Origin: Octopus bimaculoides
Taxonomy: Eukaryota
Length of the DNA stretch: 64,000 nt
Direction: 5' to 3'
NCBI RefSeq assembly: GCF_001194135.2
Contig: NC_068983.1
Location: 60,638,386-60,702,385, forward strand
Shown: positions 25,191 to 38,200 of the stretch, piece after piece
Layout: each line of letters begins with the position of its first letter
Position numbering within the stretch: the first letter of the stretch is position 1
The notes under the pieces: generated by a model
What the model was told of the DNA's origin: nothing
Databases searched by the model: none
Seen by the model: only the letters and a program-made list of their open reading frames with translations
Program-made: the position numbers and the translations under genes

Positions 25191-26294
25191 TGTGGCAAAC
25201 ATTTACACCAACTTTCCTAACAGAATTACAGAATTTCTAAAAGGTTTGCTTAGTCCCACACTTTTCACTACTGAAAACAAACAATCTGTGTAGGTAGCCT
25301 AACAAGCTGTTGGCCCCTCATTCGTCAAAAGCAACACAAGAATTCCAGTTATTGCTAGATATGCTAAGCCTTGTGTTAGCAATTGCTGTGGGTACAATCT
25401 TTATTGTATGAAAATGTTGGTAATGTGCTCAGACCACATTTATTAATAAATCTGATGAATTGAGGATTAAATGCCTGCATTCTATTTGCGAAACCTTTCT
25501 ATACTTTAAACCCAATTTATTACTAATTCCCTGGCCTGTGAGAAACATAAATAGAACAGTATTAAATCATATCCCTTTCATATGTGTATTTGTATTGTGA
25601 ACTCACCCTCTCCAATCCTGGGGCCACTTCACTATATACACCACCCCTGTAATTTGGGTGCACAGGCCCAGCCTCCTCCCGGTCACATTTTCATCATCAT
25701 CTCTCTCCATCTGAGGTAGCCATATCTCCTCTTCTAATGCAGTATGCCATTTCTGTCCCTCAGTACTGCTCCCTTCAGTTGAAGGGGGTCTTGGTGACCT
25801 CACTGCTGCTAGTGCCACATAAAAAGTACCCAGTTCACCCCGTGAAGTGGTTGGCACCAGGAAGGGCATCCAGTTGTAGAAAGCAAGCCAGAACAGACAA
25901 CAGAGCTTGTTGTATTCTTCTGAGTTGATAGTTCTTGTCAAACCAACTCATGCCAGCTAAATGATGATGATAATAAACTTGTGTATTCTGAGGGTGATAA
26001 ATCGAAAGCTACAGCCAGTTACTTAAAATATAGTATTCCAAGATAAGTCTAAGAGTGAATCAAAAATATTTTTAATTCATAATTCTCAGTTCAGTATTGA
26101 TGTGTTTATGCCTCTTTAACTGAGCAGTTTGGCAAAAGAGACTGATAGAATAAGTATCAGGTTTAATGATAAAAAGAAAAAAAAAACCCCAAGAACTGGG
26201 GTTGATTTATTCAACTACAATTCTTCAAGGAAGTGCCCCCAGCATGGCCGTGGTCTAATAACTGAAATAAGGAAAAAATATATGTATACATAGG

Positions 26295-26660
26295 CACAGG
26301 AGTGGCTGTATGGTAAGTAACTTGCTAACCAACCACATGGTTCCGGGTTCAGTCCCACTGCGTGGCATCTTGAGCAAGTGTCTTCTGCTATAATGCCAGG
26401 CCAACCAAAGCCTTGTGAGTGGATTTGGTAGATGGAAACTGAAAGAAGCCCATCGTATATATATGTGTTTGTGTGTGTGCGTTTGTCCTCCCACTATTGC
26501 TTGACAACTGATGTTGACGTGTTTACATCTTGTAACTTAGTGGTTTGGCAAAAGAGACTGATAGAATAAGTACTAGGCTTACAAAGAATAATTTCTGGGG
26601 TCGATTTGTTCAACTAAAAGCAGTGCTCCAGCATGGCTGCAGTCAAATGACTGAAACAAA
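26295..26660 (+). repeat. tRNA-headed SINE with attached second common repeat
   Basis: ttgagcaagtgtcttct...gatttggtagatggaaactgaaagaagccc also at ~43950-44105 and partly 6710-6770; the ...gatagaataagtactagg... segment also at 15440-15640, 17920-18075, 44500-44710, 46575-46740. Confidence 0.7.
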
Positions 26661-27355
26661 TAAAAGAACACACACAAACACATATACAAACAAAATAAGA
26701 AATGTATACATGTATAGAAATATACACATTTCTATACATGTATATGTATGTCTGTATGTATGTATGTATATGTATGTGCACACACACACACACAAATATA
26801 TCTTGCAACCTGACACACTGAAGTAGATTATTGTTCATTTAAAATTACAATTCTTTCTGTAGAGGAGCTAAACCTGAGACAGTCCTGGAATTGTGGAGAG
26901 GGAGCCTAGTTGATCACATTGACCCCAGCGCTCAACTGGTATTTATTTTAGCATCTATTTTTTCATTTTCTATCAGTATCTTTTATCTAGTTTACTCCTA
27001 TTTTCTACATGTTTTACATCCTCTCATTAGTGCTCTTTTTAGGACCAGAAAGTACTGAAAGTTACTTAAGGAACACACAGAGTCTGAATTCTAATATTTC
27101 ATAGAATTCCTCACCAACACTCAATTCAGATACGTCTTGTGGCAAAAGGATACAAGAAAGCTTTCATACAGAATTCAGTTAAACTATGTTGACTTTTTCA
27201 AAGAGAAACTTAACTAGAATGACATGATGTTTAAAGTTTTAATTCAAGCTGATTAAGAAAACTAGAACATTACAATTAATGGGAAGAAAAGAAGTAGAAA
27301 ACAAAAAAAAATTACTACTTGTAAATCTCACAATGAGAGATATTCAGCAACAATA

Positions 27356-27785
27356 CTTTGGGGTAAAGATTATTTTGCCAACACAACATGGCAGTCCTGG
27401 TTTAGGAGGAATCATCATCGTTTAATGTCCACTTTCCAGGCTAGCATGGGTTGGACGATTTGACTGAGGACTGGCGAACCAGACAGCTGCACCAGGCTCC
27501 AATCTGACCTGGCAGAGTTTCTACAGCCGGATGCCCTTCCTAATGCCAACCACTCCGAGAGTGTAGTGGGTGCTTTTACATGCCACTGGCACGAGGGCCA
27601 GTCTGGTGGCAACAGCCACGCTCAATTGGTGTTTTTACGTGCCACCTGCACAGGAGTTAGTCTGTAATTTAGCCCCAGGAGACATCGTATAGCCAGCTGG
27701 AGACAGTGTCTCCTGGGGTTAAATTACAGCAACATTCGTCCTAAACCTAAAATGTTATGTTGGCAAAATAATCTTTACTCCAAAG
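27356..27785. mobile_element. Palindromic MITE interrupted by an RTE-tailed SINE
   Basis: 34-bp TIR (32/34 identical) at 27356-27389 and 27752-27785; internal 21-bp-arm hairpin at 27664-27727. Confidence 0.75.
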
Positions 27786-28535
27786 AAAAATCATTTCTAA
27801 ATTGTTGAAATTTAGCTTTTTATCGAAAGCAACTTAGCAAATCCAAAAGGCATCTTCAGAGCTATTTCATTTATAATCCAAATAACTCTCATATTTTATA
27901 GGAAAGAAAAATAAATGAGTTTACATCCATCAAGTATTAAACTGAAAATTTTATTTTTTATTTTTTTACAAATACCAGTTTATTTATAATTATCTTAGTG
28001 TTTTGTATGCACTAAAAATGTGGATGTTAAAATACTGTATGAAGTTTGTTAACCAATGGCATCAGTTGAATACAAAGCTGAATCTTGTAAGTCTATCACA
28101 TGTATATTGAAAAAACGTGAAAAGGCTGTTGATGATTGATGTCATGTTGAATAATGAATGAAACAAATTAACAAGTCAAATCGAAATAGTCTGAAAAGCT
28201 GTATTTACAATACTTGGTTCCGTAAGGAACTAATACATGGCAAAAAATGGTTTGTGGAATGGAAAAAAAAACTGAACAAAAAAAAAAAAACAAAACAANN
28301 NNNNNNNNAAAAAAAAAAAAAAACAAAACAAAGGAAAAAAGGAAATCTTGCACACAAACTGTGAGGATAGCTTTTAAGTGTGGGTGATATTAAAATGCAG
28401 AGAAGTGGTCAACTTCTCCTTGGCACAACAATGGACAATAAATTTGAAATAACTAAAATAAGTAGACATAATAAAAAGAAACAGATATTTCCTTACCTTA
28501 ACAGTGAAAGTTTAGAATCTGATGTTATATTACAT

Positions 28536-28575
<40 letters not shown>

Positions 28576-28921
28576 AGGAGAGACGAAAGAAAGAAAGACA
28601 ACAAAATTGCAGTAAATAACTTTACTAAAAGTGAGGGAGTGATGTAGGTAATTAAATTCAAAAACAGGATCCAAGTATTTAACAGTTACCAGTCAAAAAT
28701 AGTCTTGGAAAATAAAAGTTAATTTGTGTGTCTGAATGTGTGTGTGTGTGTTGGGATGTAGTAAAATAGAAAGAAATAAAAATTAAAGGGAGGTGATGGG
28801 GAAGAAAGGCAGTTCCAGAGTTTTGTGTGAAGTGTGTATGAAACTATTCAGATTTGATCTAAGAAAAAGGGAATCCAATGATGGTTGATAATGGTGAAGA
28901 AAAATATGAAGAAAGAGGGGC

Positions 28922-29268
28922 TCAAGTTTTACGCAACCTCTTTCTACCATCATCTGAAGTGACTGGTGTCATGGAAGCAATGCGTTTACTCTGTCGCGTA
29001 GGAGCAAAATTGTTGTTGGTTGGTGTTGAGACACCCACTGCCCCTGAGTTGCTTGCCATTCCACTATTATTCATAATATTGTGGGATTTACCAGCTCCAG
29101 TGCCATTCAAAGCAGGAGATGACATTTCAACATTACCAGTATCAACACTGTAAGGAATTGAGGATGTTGACAAACGAGGTTTTTTGGTGCTCACTGGAGT
29201 CTCATATTGTTCATATAATTTTCCTTTTGAAGTCATTGCTGACGATTGTGACTGAGCAAGGCACATAC
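28922..29268 (-). CDS. SMCHD1: SMCHD1 terminal coding exon (low-complexity tail with basic clusters)
   Basis: tttcag|GMCLAQSQ...STKKPRL...DGRKRLRKT*; in phase with the previous exon. Confidence 0.88.
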
Positions 29269-32200
29269 CTGAAAGATGACAACAGTAATAAGATTAATTC
29301 ATTAAAAAAATGAAATAATTGTTAAAATTAATTAATACTTTTTAAATTAATTATGGCTTCACCCAACAAAAGCAAGAATACAATTATTTTACAGAAACTA
29401 ATTAACTTGATTTAACTCGTTAGCATTCAGATTATTCTATCAAATGTAAAGGCTTATTTATTCAAGTCTTTAAATTAATCATGCATTAATCTTGTAGCTT
29501 TAAGATTTCAATGATGTGACTGCTTACTTTTAGAATGACATGGTATGGTAGGTGTGAGAGGCTGGATTTGACCAGTTTGAACATAAAACAAGTAGAATAT
29601 TTGGGCTAGACACGGCTGGTTTAAACAAGAACTGATTGTTTAGAACAACCAACTTTAATTTAGGAATATTTTTTAATAAGAAATTATACCTCCCCAACCC
29701 CCACTCAAAAACATTAATATTGATTCCCAAAAGCAATGAATGAAGTCCACCAACTCATTTTCTTCATTACTAGTTGGGTTTCTCTTGTCTCAAAATGCAC
29801 TTTATGTCACTTTCATCAATAAATAGGAGGTATTGTGTCCTACTCTTTCCCTTGGTCAACAATCATCATGATCCTCTCATCATTTAATGCCCATCGTCCA
29901 TGCTAGCATGGGTTGGATGGTTTGACCAGGGCTGGCAAACTGGAAGGCTGCATCAGACTCCAGTCTGATTTGGCATGGTTTCAATGGCTGGATGCCCTTC
30001 CTAATGCCAACAACTCAATACAGTTGATATATTTTTGCATACAACAGAATAATAAGTGTTGTTGAGTGAATGTTATGACTCACCTAATTTCTGTTCAATG
30101 ACTCGTAGTCTTTCTTCTGCTTCAGAACATTCCTTCATTTTCATCTTCATCTCAGGATTGTTCATTGCTCTTTGCTGTTCAAGTAAATCAGTTTCAGAGT
30201 TCTGGCGTTTCTTCACAGCAGCCCGGTAGTTATGGAGTGTGTCTGTAACATTAAGACAAAAGTTTCAATAGCTTTTAATTAGAACTCTTTGTTAATTAGA
30301 GATTTCTAATTAAAAAAATAGAATTCTATATAATAACAGAATGCCTTAAAAAAAAAAAATTAAAAAGAAACGCATCGTTCGTTTAGCGTCTGCCTTCCAT
30401 GCTAGCATGGGTTGGACCCATAAATTGCCAAAACCAAATTTATTCAAGCTAAATAGCCTTGATGTTAGTTAATTGGTCTTTGAAAAAAGAAAGGTTTCAC
30501 TTTTTGAATTGTACAACCAGAAGCCTTTTGCATTCAGATTCCCCCGTCAAATGTAATTCTTAGTGATTCACATTGTTTTTAATTAATGAAGCATTGTTTC
30601 ATAACTTCAAGATTTCAATGATGTGATTGTTTAGTTTTAGAAGGACATTGTAGGGTAGGTGTGAGAGGCTGGATCTCAAAACGTAGAATATTTGGGCTGG
30701 ATAAGGCTGATTTAAATGCTAAAGAGTTAAAAAATAGACCCAAACTTGTTGCAGAACAAACACAGTAATTGTTTTTTTTTTATAGCCAATTAATAAATAA
30801 GGTGGTGAGATTTATATTGGAATTTTCCCCTTTTCACTAAATCGAGGCAAGGTATCAAGTTGTTTAAGAACTTCTAGACTCTTCTCATCTGAAACAATCT
30901 ATTCATAATTACAGAAGAGTTCTATAGTTATTCTACAAACACTGATTGTTGTAAAGTCTCTCTGGTTATTAGTGGGACAGTCACAAAGGGTCAACTCCCA
31001 AAACCTTACAATGTTTGCATCAGCTTCAATGCAGAATAATGCACTCCTGTTATAACTCAATTCAAAAATACAATGAAAGTCATTTATAATTAAAATAATT
31101 AGTAAGTATCACCATGGTGTTATTGTTGAGAGACAACTGTATAACTCACCAATTTGTGTGCAGATTGCATGATAAGCAACTGGTAGGGGTTCACCAAACA
31201 CTGCTCCACGTAGCTTATCTAAAGGCAATGCTTTGTTCATTAATCCTCCAAATTTGCCATTACTGCGGATACGATCTCCATCTCTTGTCAAAATGGTTGG
31301 GCAATGGGCAAACTTCACAACCTAAGATATAAAAACAAATTCAAGGAAATAGAGAGAAACATGAGATGAATATACACACACAACAAAGACCGAATTAATT
31401 CTACGTAACTTCCATCTTTTATTATATAGCAAAGTTCTTCAAGTGAGATTTTTCATATTATAACAAAGACAATTAAACAGCCAAATAATTAGAAGAGGGT
31501 TAAAAATTCTTATAATTTTACAAAAGACTGACCTCTTGTCTGTAGGAATTCGCATAGTCTAAAGAATCCAAGAACATTGTATCACCCAACAGCATTCCAA
31601 ACACTGAACAAAAATACAAAACAACAATTACTTCAAATATGAACAAAGGGGGTTCAAGGAAAGTATTTTCATATTCAAGAAGTATCTGACCTCTCTCTCC
31701 CCACTACCACCCTCTCACAACTATAAACGTGTCCCTCTCATTACCTTGCCTGAAATCATCACACACTCCCTCTCTTCTTTAGGGACCACTTTAGATCCTT
31801 AATCATTATAAGATACAAGCTCTCAACTGGTACTAAGCCATCTCCCTCAATTGAGGGTTCCTTGTTTCACAACTTATTTGGTGACCTCACAGCAGTTGGT
31901 GCCACATAAAAAGCACCCAGTACATTTTGTAAAGTGGTTGACATAAGGAAGGGCATCCAGCTGTAGAACCCATACCATAACAGATGACTGAATCCTTATG
32001 CAGCCCTTGGACTTATCAGATCCAGTCAAACTGTCCAATCTATGCCAGCATGGAAGGTGGGAGTTAAATAATGATGTGGACACACATACACACATGGGCA
32101 CCTCATCCAATCCCTCTGCTATCATCTCTCTCACTGCACCTCTATCCAGTTACCACTTCACTTTTTCTTGCCACCTGGAACCATTTCACTTGGTGGCCAT

Positions 32201-35200
32201 TCTTCATCCATTAATATTCTCTCTTTGCCACTGCCATTGAACCATCAAATTATATCTCGTCGTGCATTATGTCTGCTTCTCTCTCTCTCTCTCTTCACAT
32301 GTCTGCAGTCTACTCAACCGCATGCCATTTCTTTCTTGATCTCCCTCTGTCACCCGATTTATCATTATTACCCTGCTGCTCTCTTCTGTCCCCCTACCAT
32401 CCCCAACTCCTACATCACTAGTCATTTCCCACCACTCCCTACATCACCCCCTCTTCAACAACCCTACCTACCTTCCCATCATTACATTCCTAGCTCCTCT
32501 GTCTCCACTCACGACTACTCACCTCGTACCTTCAGGGCTCACCTGCACACCTCATTACCACTATTCATCTTTCCAGAGCTCCCACAAAAACATTCTCAGC
32601 CTCTCTTCTAAATGTGACGAACCAACTGCAGCTCCTCTACATCAACAACCTGTTTGGCCCTCTTCCTTCATTGTTTACCCACTCATGCCCTAGCCTACAG
32701 CTGACCACTCCCCCTCTGGGGTTTGTAATCTTTTGAGCTGCATGGCAATCTCACTGGTGCTGGTGCCACAAAAAAGCATAGAGGAATTATAGGATAATCC
32801 AATAATCTAAAAAAGGATATAGCTGAATTGGATGAGTTATTGAACATATTTTGCAGAGATATTACTACTGATAGACATTTGTTTAATATTTTGGTAATAA
32901 AACAGGATTTACTTTGATGTCTAAAGCAGTGCTCTGCAACTGGTGTGTCACAGTGTAACCTGAATATAATTTTTTCCTCTATACTTTTCATCATCATTGT
33001 TTAACATCCGTTTTCCCGGCTGGTATGGGTTGGACGGTTTGACTAAAGTCTAGAGAGCCAGCAGCTGCACCAGGCTCCAATCTGATCTGTCAGTGTATCT
33101 ACAGCTGGATGCCCTTCCTAACGCCAACTACTCTGAGAATGTAGTGGGTGCATTTTACATTCTACAGGCACAGGAGCCAGTCAGGCAGGCCTGGCATCGG
33201 TCATGTTCGGATAATGCTTTTTACGTGCCACTGGTACGAGGGTTAGTCAAGGGGCACTGGCATCGGCCACGTTTGGTTGGTGCTTTTTATGTGCCACAGG
33301 CATGAGAGCCAGGCAGGGGGAATTGGCATCAGCCACATTCTAATGGTGCTTTTTACGTGCCATGTCACAGGAGCCAGTCAGGTAGGCCTGGCGTCGACCA
33401 CGTTCAGATGGTGCTTTTTACGTGCCGCCATATTTTTAGTTCAGGTATGCCGCTGAATTTTGTAAAGAATATAAGTGTACCACAAGTGAAAAAAGGTTGT
33501 GGAGCACTGGTCTAAACCATGATAATTTAAAGTAGTATCTACTGCAGCAGCTCATTGCCAATGAAATAAAAAATAAGACTTATTTCTTAAGCAATTTCAC
33601 TCACCCAATTTACATTTTTCTTCTTGGTGACTGAATTTAAGAAGTTTCCTTGCATAGACTGGATTCCCAGGAGGTTTCCATTGAGGTCGGAATTTTTCAT
33701 GAGGTAGAGGTCTGAAACAAGCATTAAAAAAAAGAAGAAAAAAATATGAATGAATTGAAAGTAACAATATATATGGTCTTTACATACTGTCTTAATTATT
33801 AGAGAAATGTTCAGACACGGTGTCTATGTCTAGCAACAGCACAGCCCCAGATGTGGGAGCAGTATTCCCCTGTAGTCTCACTTGAATTTTGTAAAGGGTT
33901 AGTAGCTAATGAGGTTAGGTAGACGGAGTAGGACCTAAAGAAGGCCAGCAATGGTGTTGACCTAGCATTTGCAGTGACCCTGAGGGTGCAGGCTCTGGGT
34001 TGTTCACATGGTGGTGGAGAGTTAGGATGAATGTGTTGTAGGTGGTTGGAGTTGAGAGGGAAAATGAGTGGAGGGGAGAGACTTTAAACCGAAATAATTT
34101 GGAAGTCTTTGTTGCTGGTATCAAGATGAGAGTGATGGGGAAGTGGAATCTCTATATGTACTGACACCCATGCTAGAGCTATGTGAGAAAGCACCCATGC
34201 CGGTGCCATGTACAGAACCATCCATGCTGGTGCCACATAAAAAGCAATTAGGAAAGGTATTCAACCATAGAGACCATGCCAAAGCAGACAATGGAACCTT
34301 GTATGCTCTCTGGCCTTGCCAGCTCCTGTCAAACCAGCCAACCCATGCCAGCATGGAAAACGAACGTTAAATGATGGTGATGATGATGATGACTATGTTT
34401 CATATATTTCAGAGTGGAGTAGAGAGTTTAGTTAGGTTAGACAGCAGAGATGAGCTTACAGACAAAGGCAAGAGATTAGTGAAAAGGCTGTGTGGTTATA
34501 TGCTAGGAAGCGATGTATGGAGTGAAGGTTGGGTCAGAGTCCACTTATTTCATGCTTTTTGTTGGTTTGGCTCAGTGGTTAGAGCGTTGGGCTCACAATC
34601 ACGGGGTAGTGAGTTCGATTCCAGGACCGGGCTGTGTGTTGTGTTCTTGAGCAAGACACTTTATTTCACGTAGTTCCAGTTCACTCAGCTGTAGAAATGA
34701 GTTGCAACATTACTGGTGCCAAGCTGTAATGGCCTCAGCCTTTCTCTTGGATAACACTGGTGGTGCGGCGAGGGGAGGGGAGACTGGTATTCATGCATGA
34801 CTGCTGGTCTTCCATAAATAACCTTGCCTGGACTTGTGCCTCAGAGGGTAACTTTCTAGGTGCAAACCACATGTATTACAGAATCTGCAGTTTTTATATC
34901 AACAGAAAAGTTTTTGAAGATACATACACATAGAGGTGTACGTAAAGGTTGGTTAAGTGAGAAGAAACAAAGAGAAAATTTAGGGAAAAACTTAAAAATA
35001 ACCTTTGAGCAAAATTTTGAATCTTTTGGATGAAATCAGTAGATTGAAGAGAGGGCTTTAAACCTTGGAGAATTAAATATACTATGATTGACGAATCTTA
35101 GCTAAATAGTATATATTAGATTGGAGCCTGGTGTTGCCATCCGGTTTCACCAGTCCTCAGTCAAATCGTCCAACCCATGATAGCATGGAAAGCGGACATT

Positions 35201-38200
35201 AAACGATGATGATGATAATGATGATTAGGTGCCTCATTAGAATATGGCACTAGTAGTTTTCCATTCATTGTGGAATGGAATGTTGTAAGTCATGAAATAA
35301 TTTCTCTGAAATCTAAAGAAATCTCAAGTTGTTGTACATTGGTAGGAACCTAGTTTTGAATGTGTCTAATTTGAAATCATCATCAGATATTACAGTTCTA
35401 TATTTTAAGAGATGAGGAATTATGTACATTATTTACATTTGATGGATATTTGTCTTCATCTTGTTTGTTGTTAACACAACGTTTCGGCTGATATACCCTC
35501 CAGCCTTCATCAGGGGAAATTTCGAACCTGGGTTCTCATTCCTAAGGTATTTTTCGATATTATCATTATTATTCAGGTCACTGCCTGGAATCGAACTTCA
35601 GATTACTCTCTTGAAACAAATTCAGCAAAGCTATTAATACTTACTTGTCCCATTCTGGAAGGGTTTTCTTATAAATAGAATCTAATGGTAACACTTGCTG
35701 TTTGCCACTAGTTTGGTTGTAGATTTCTTTGGCCTGTTGAGACAAACAGTAATGAAATATCAAGTTATTGGATCTCAAGGTATGGTTGAGCTTGGGATTA
35801 ACAAAGCAGATGGAAATGGTTATTGACAACTGATGGTGGGTCCCTTTGAAAAAGATGATTAAAATAGGACGGAGAAGATTTAACAAAATAAGTGAGTAAA
35901 TTAGAAAAGGTGATTACAAAAAACGGATCTTTTTTAAAACAGGGGCCACATTTTTCATTAACGAAACACTTTGAAACTTGGAACACTGGTAGAATGTGTC
36001 ATATAAAACATCTTTTTCTCTTAGTCTTCTTAAAAAAAAAGAAATCCATAAGTTATTCCATGTTAAAGTTGTCGTATTTCTGTAATTTCAACCAATCACT
36101 GACGTCCATTCAGCCGATATACATTAAGTGCCGACTACATAAACAAACGATTCTGAAACAATTAACCCTAACCCTAACCCTAACCCTAGGGTTAGGGTTA
36201 AAGAAAATTTAAAATGAAAAAAAGCAAATAAAACGAAGGCATGGAGATTAAATACGCTTTACACCGCTTAAAGTGCCAAAGGAGTAAATGTAAACAACTG
36301 AATACTTGTCAGTGATTGGTTNNNNNNNNNNNNNNNNNNNNNNNNNNNNNNNNNNNNNNNNNNNNNNNNNNNNNNNNNNNNNNNNNNNNNNNNNNNNNNN
36401 NNNNNNNNNNNNNNNNNNNNNNNNNNNNNNNNNNNNNNNNNNNNNNNNNNNNNNNNNNNNNNNNAAATTCGAATACAAAAATATTTTTCTGTTCTATAAC
36501 ACAAAATGGATAAGTATACGAAGTTTGAAAGTCTTTCCGTACCAAAAACACTACGTAAAACATTAATGAAAAATGTGGCTCCTGTTTTAAAATAGACCCC
36601 GAAAAACAAATGACTGACATGTTAGAAAATGAATCTCAAAACTTTTTTTTTTTAATGCAAAAGACAAAAGGTTGTGTTGCCAGATCTTAAGTATATGTGA
36701 GGAAATAAAAGATATTTGATGAGGGCAGGCGCAGAAGCTTGAAGTGATGAATAAAAGCCATAATTTTATAGAGATGCATACAATTTAATTCCAGGCAGAT
36801 GTGTGCAGCTTTCTTTGGTGCAATGTCTGGCCTAAACAACTGGGCAAAGTGGTTAATCATTTAGGGCCAGTGATGGTAGAATGGAGATAGAAGACCACAG
36901 CAGATCATTATCAAGAGCCTGTCATGGCTCTCAGAAGAGAGGGTATAAAGTGTTGTGAAAAGATGATAGCTGTAATTGAGATACAGTCAGTGGTAAATTA
37001 GAAGGTCTGTTTTATGTACTTTGCAGATAAATACCAGACTCTTTTGATCCAGCCTTGGACGATGTCTATCTCAACTGGCAACAGTTCCAGCTTTGTGAGC
37101 TGGGAAGAGGTAGCACTACTGAAGAAATAACCTGAACAAAGAGGGCATTATTGATATTTGTAGCTCGTAAGATTTTGGTCAAGGAACTAGTAGAGAGGTT
37201 GACACTTGGTAGAAGTGGTTGGGAAGATGTAGATCTGTGCAATCCTAGAAAGACTTATCCACAACAATTTCCACCTTATGTGATCCACTGTAGTGAGAGT
37301 GAGTGGTAAACCTAGCTTTGGTGAGGCTATGATCAATTTGGAACAACAAAAAACTTTTAATCCTTAGTGGCTACTCTCTGAGCAACCAGTTTTAGAAGCT
37401 GGATCATTTTCATGTACAGTGGAACCTGCTTGATGGTCAAACTAAATGGTCAATGATTGGAAACATGTGAAGTCAAGAGAGATAGAGAGAGTGCTGTTAT
37501 ACTCAGGAGAGATAAAGACATTCCTTAATTAGCAATATTGAAATATGGATGCTAAATAATTAATCCTTCTTTAGCATACAGATTATTCTGTCAAATGCAA
37601 TGCTTATTTATTCACACTGTTTTGAATTGATCATGCATTAATCATGTAGCTTCAAGATTTAGACAATTGATTAAAAAATTTTTAGAACGACATTGTGGGG
37701 TAGGTGTGAAAGGCCAGATCTGGCCAGTTTAAATGCTAAAGGGCTAATGGTGAAGTGCTAAACAGAGTAAACTATTTCTTTCATAACTTGTAAAGATATA
37801 AGCAGACAAAGGTTAGAAACAACTGCATCGAATAAGTGAGGATGGAAATGAAGTGTGGAACCTACCTTTTTAGTAGTTGTAGTTACAACACAGTCCATAT
37901 CAGCTGACATGTGCCATGAGAGGACACGAGCTATATCATGGTCTTGAAGTTCTGCAAGCTGACCGATCTGCCAAAAGAATTGATATAAATAATAGGATGA
38001 ACTCATGAGTAAGATGTCAAATTAGAAACCATGGACTAACATGATACAATGCTCTGAGTGACTCGGTTACTCTATCCTATAAACATACAGATCAGCTTTA
38101 TTTCACAGCTGAGAATGTCAACCAAAAGCAAAACATTTGCTCCATTTATGAAGGGCATTGAAATTTGTTTAAACACTAGATTAATCTGGAAAAAAAAATC

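Noticed and set aside
28490-28530. Strong-looking minus-strand donor (AAG|GTAAGG)
   Set aside because: No partner acceptor or coding frame identified; it may be a UTR intron but is unsupported.
36163-36200. Chromosome-end fusion scar
   Set aside because: Only six repeat units, sitting inside a TIR-bounded element within an intact gene.
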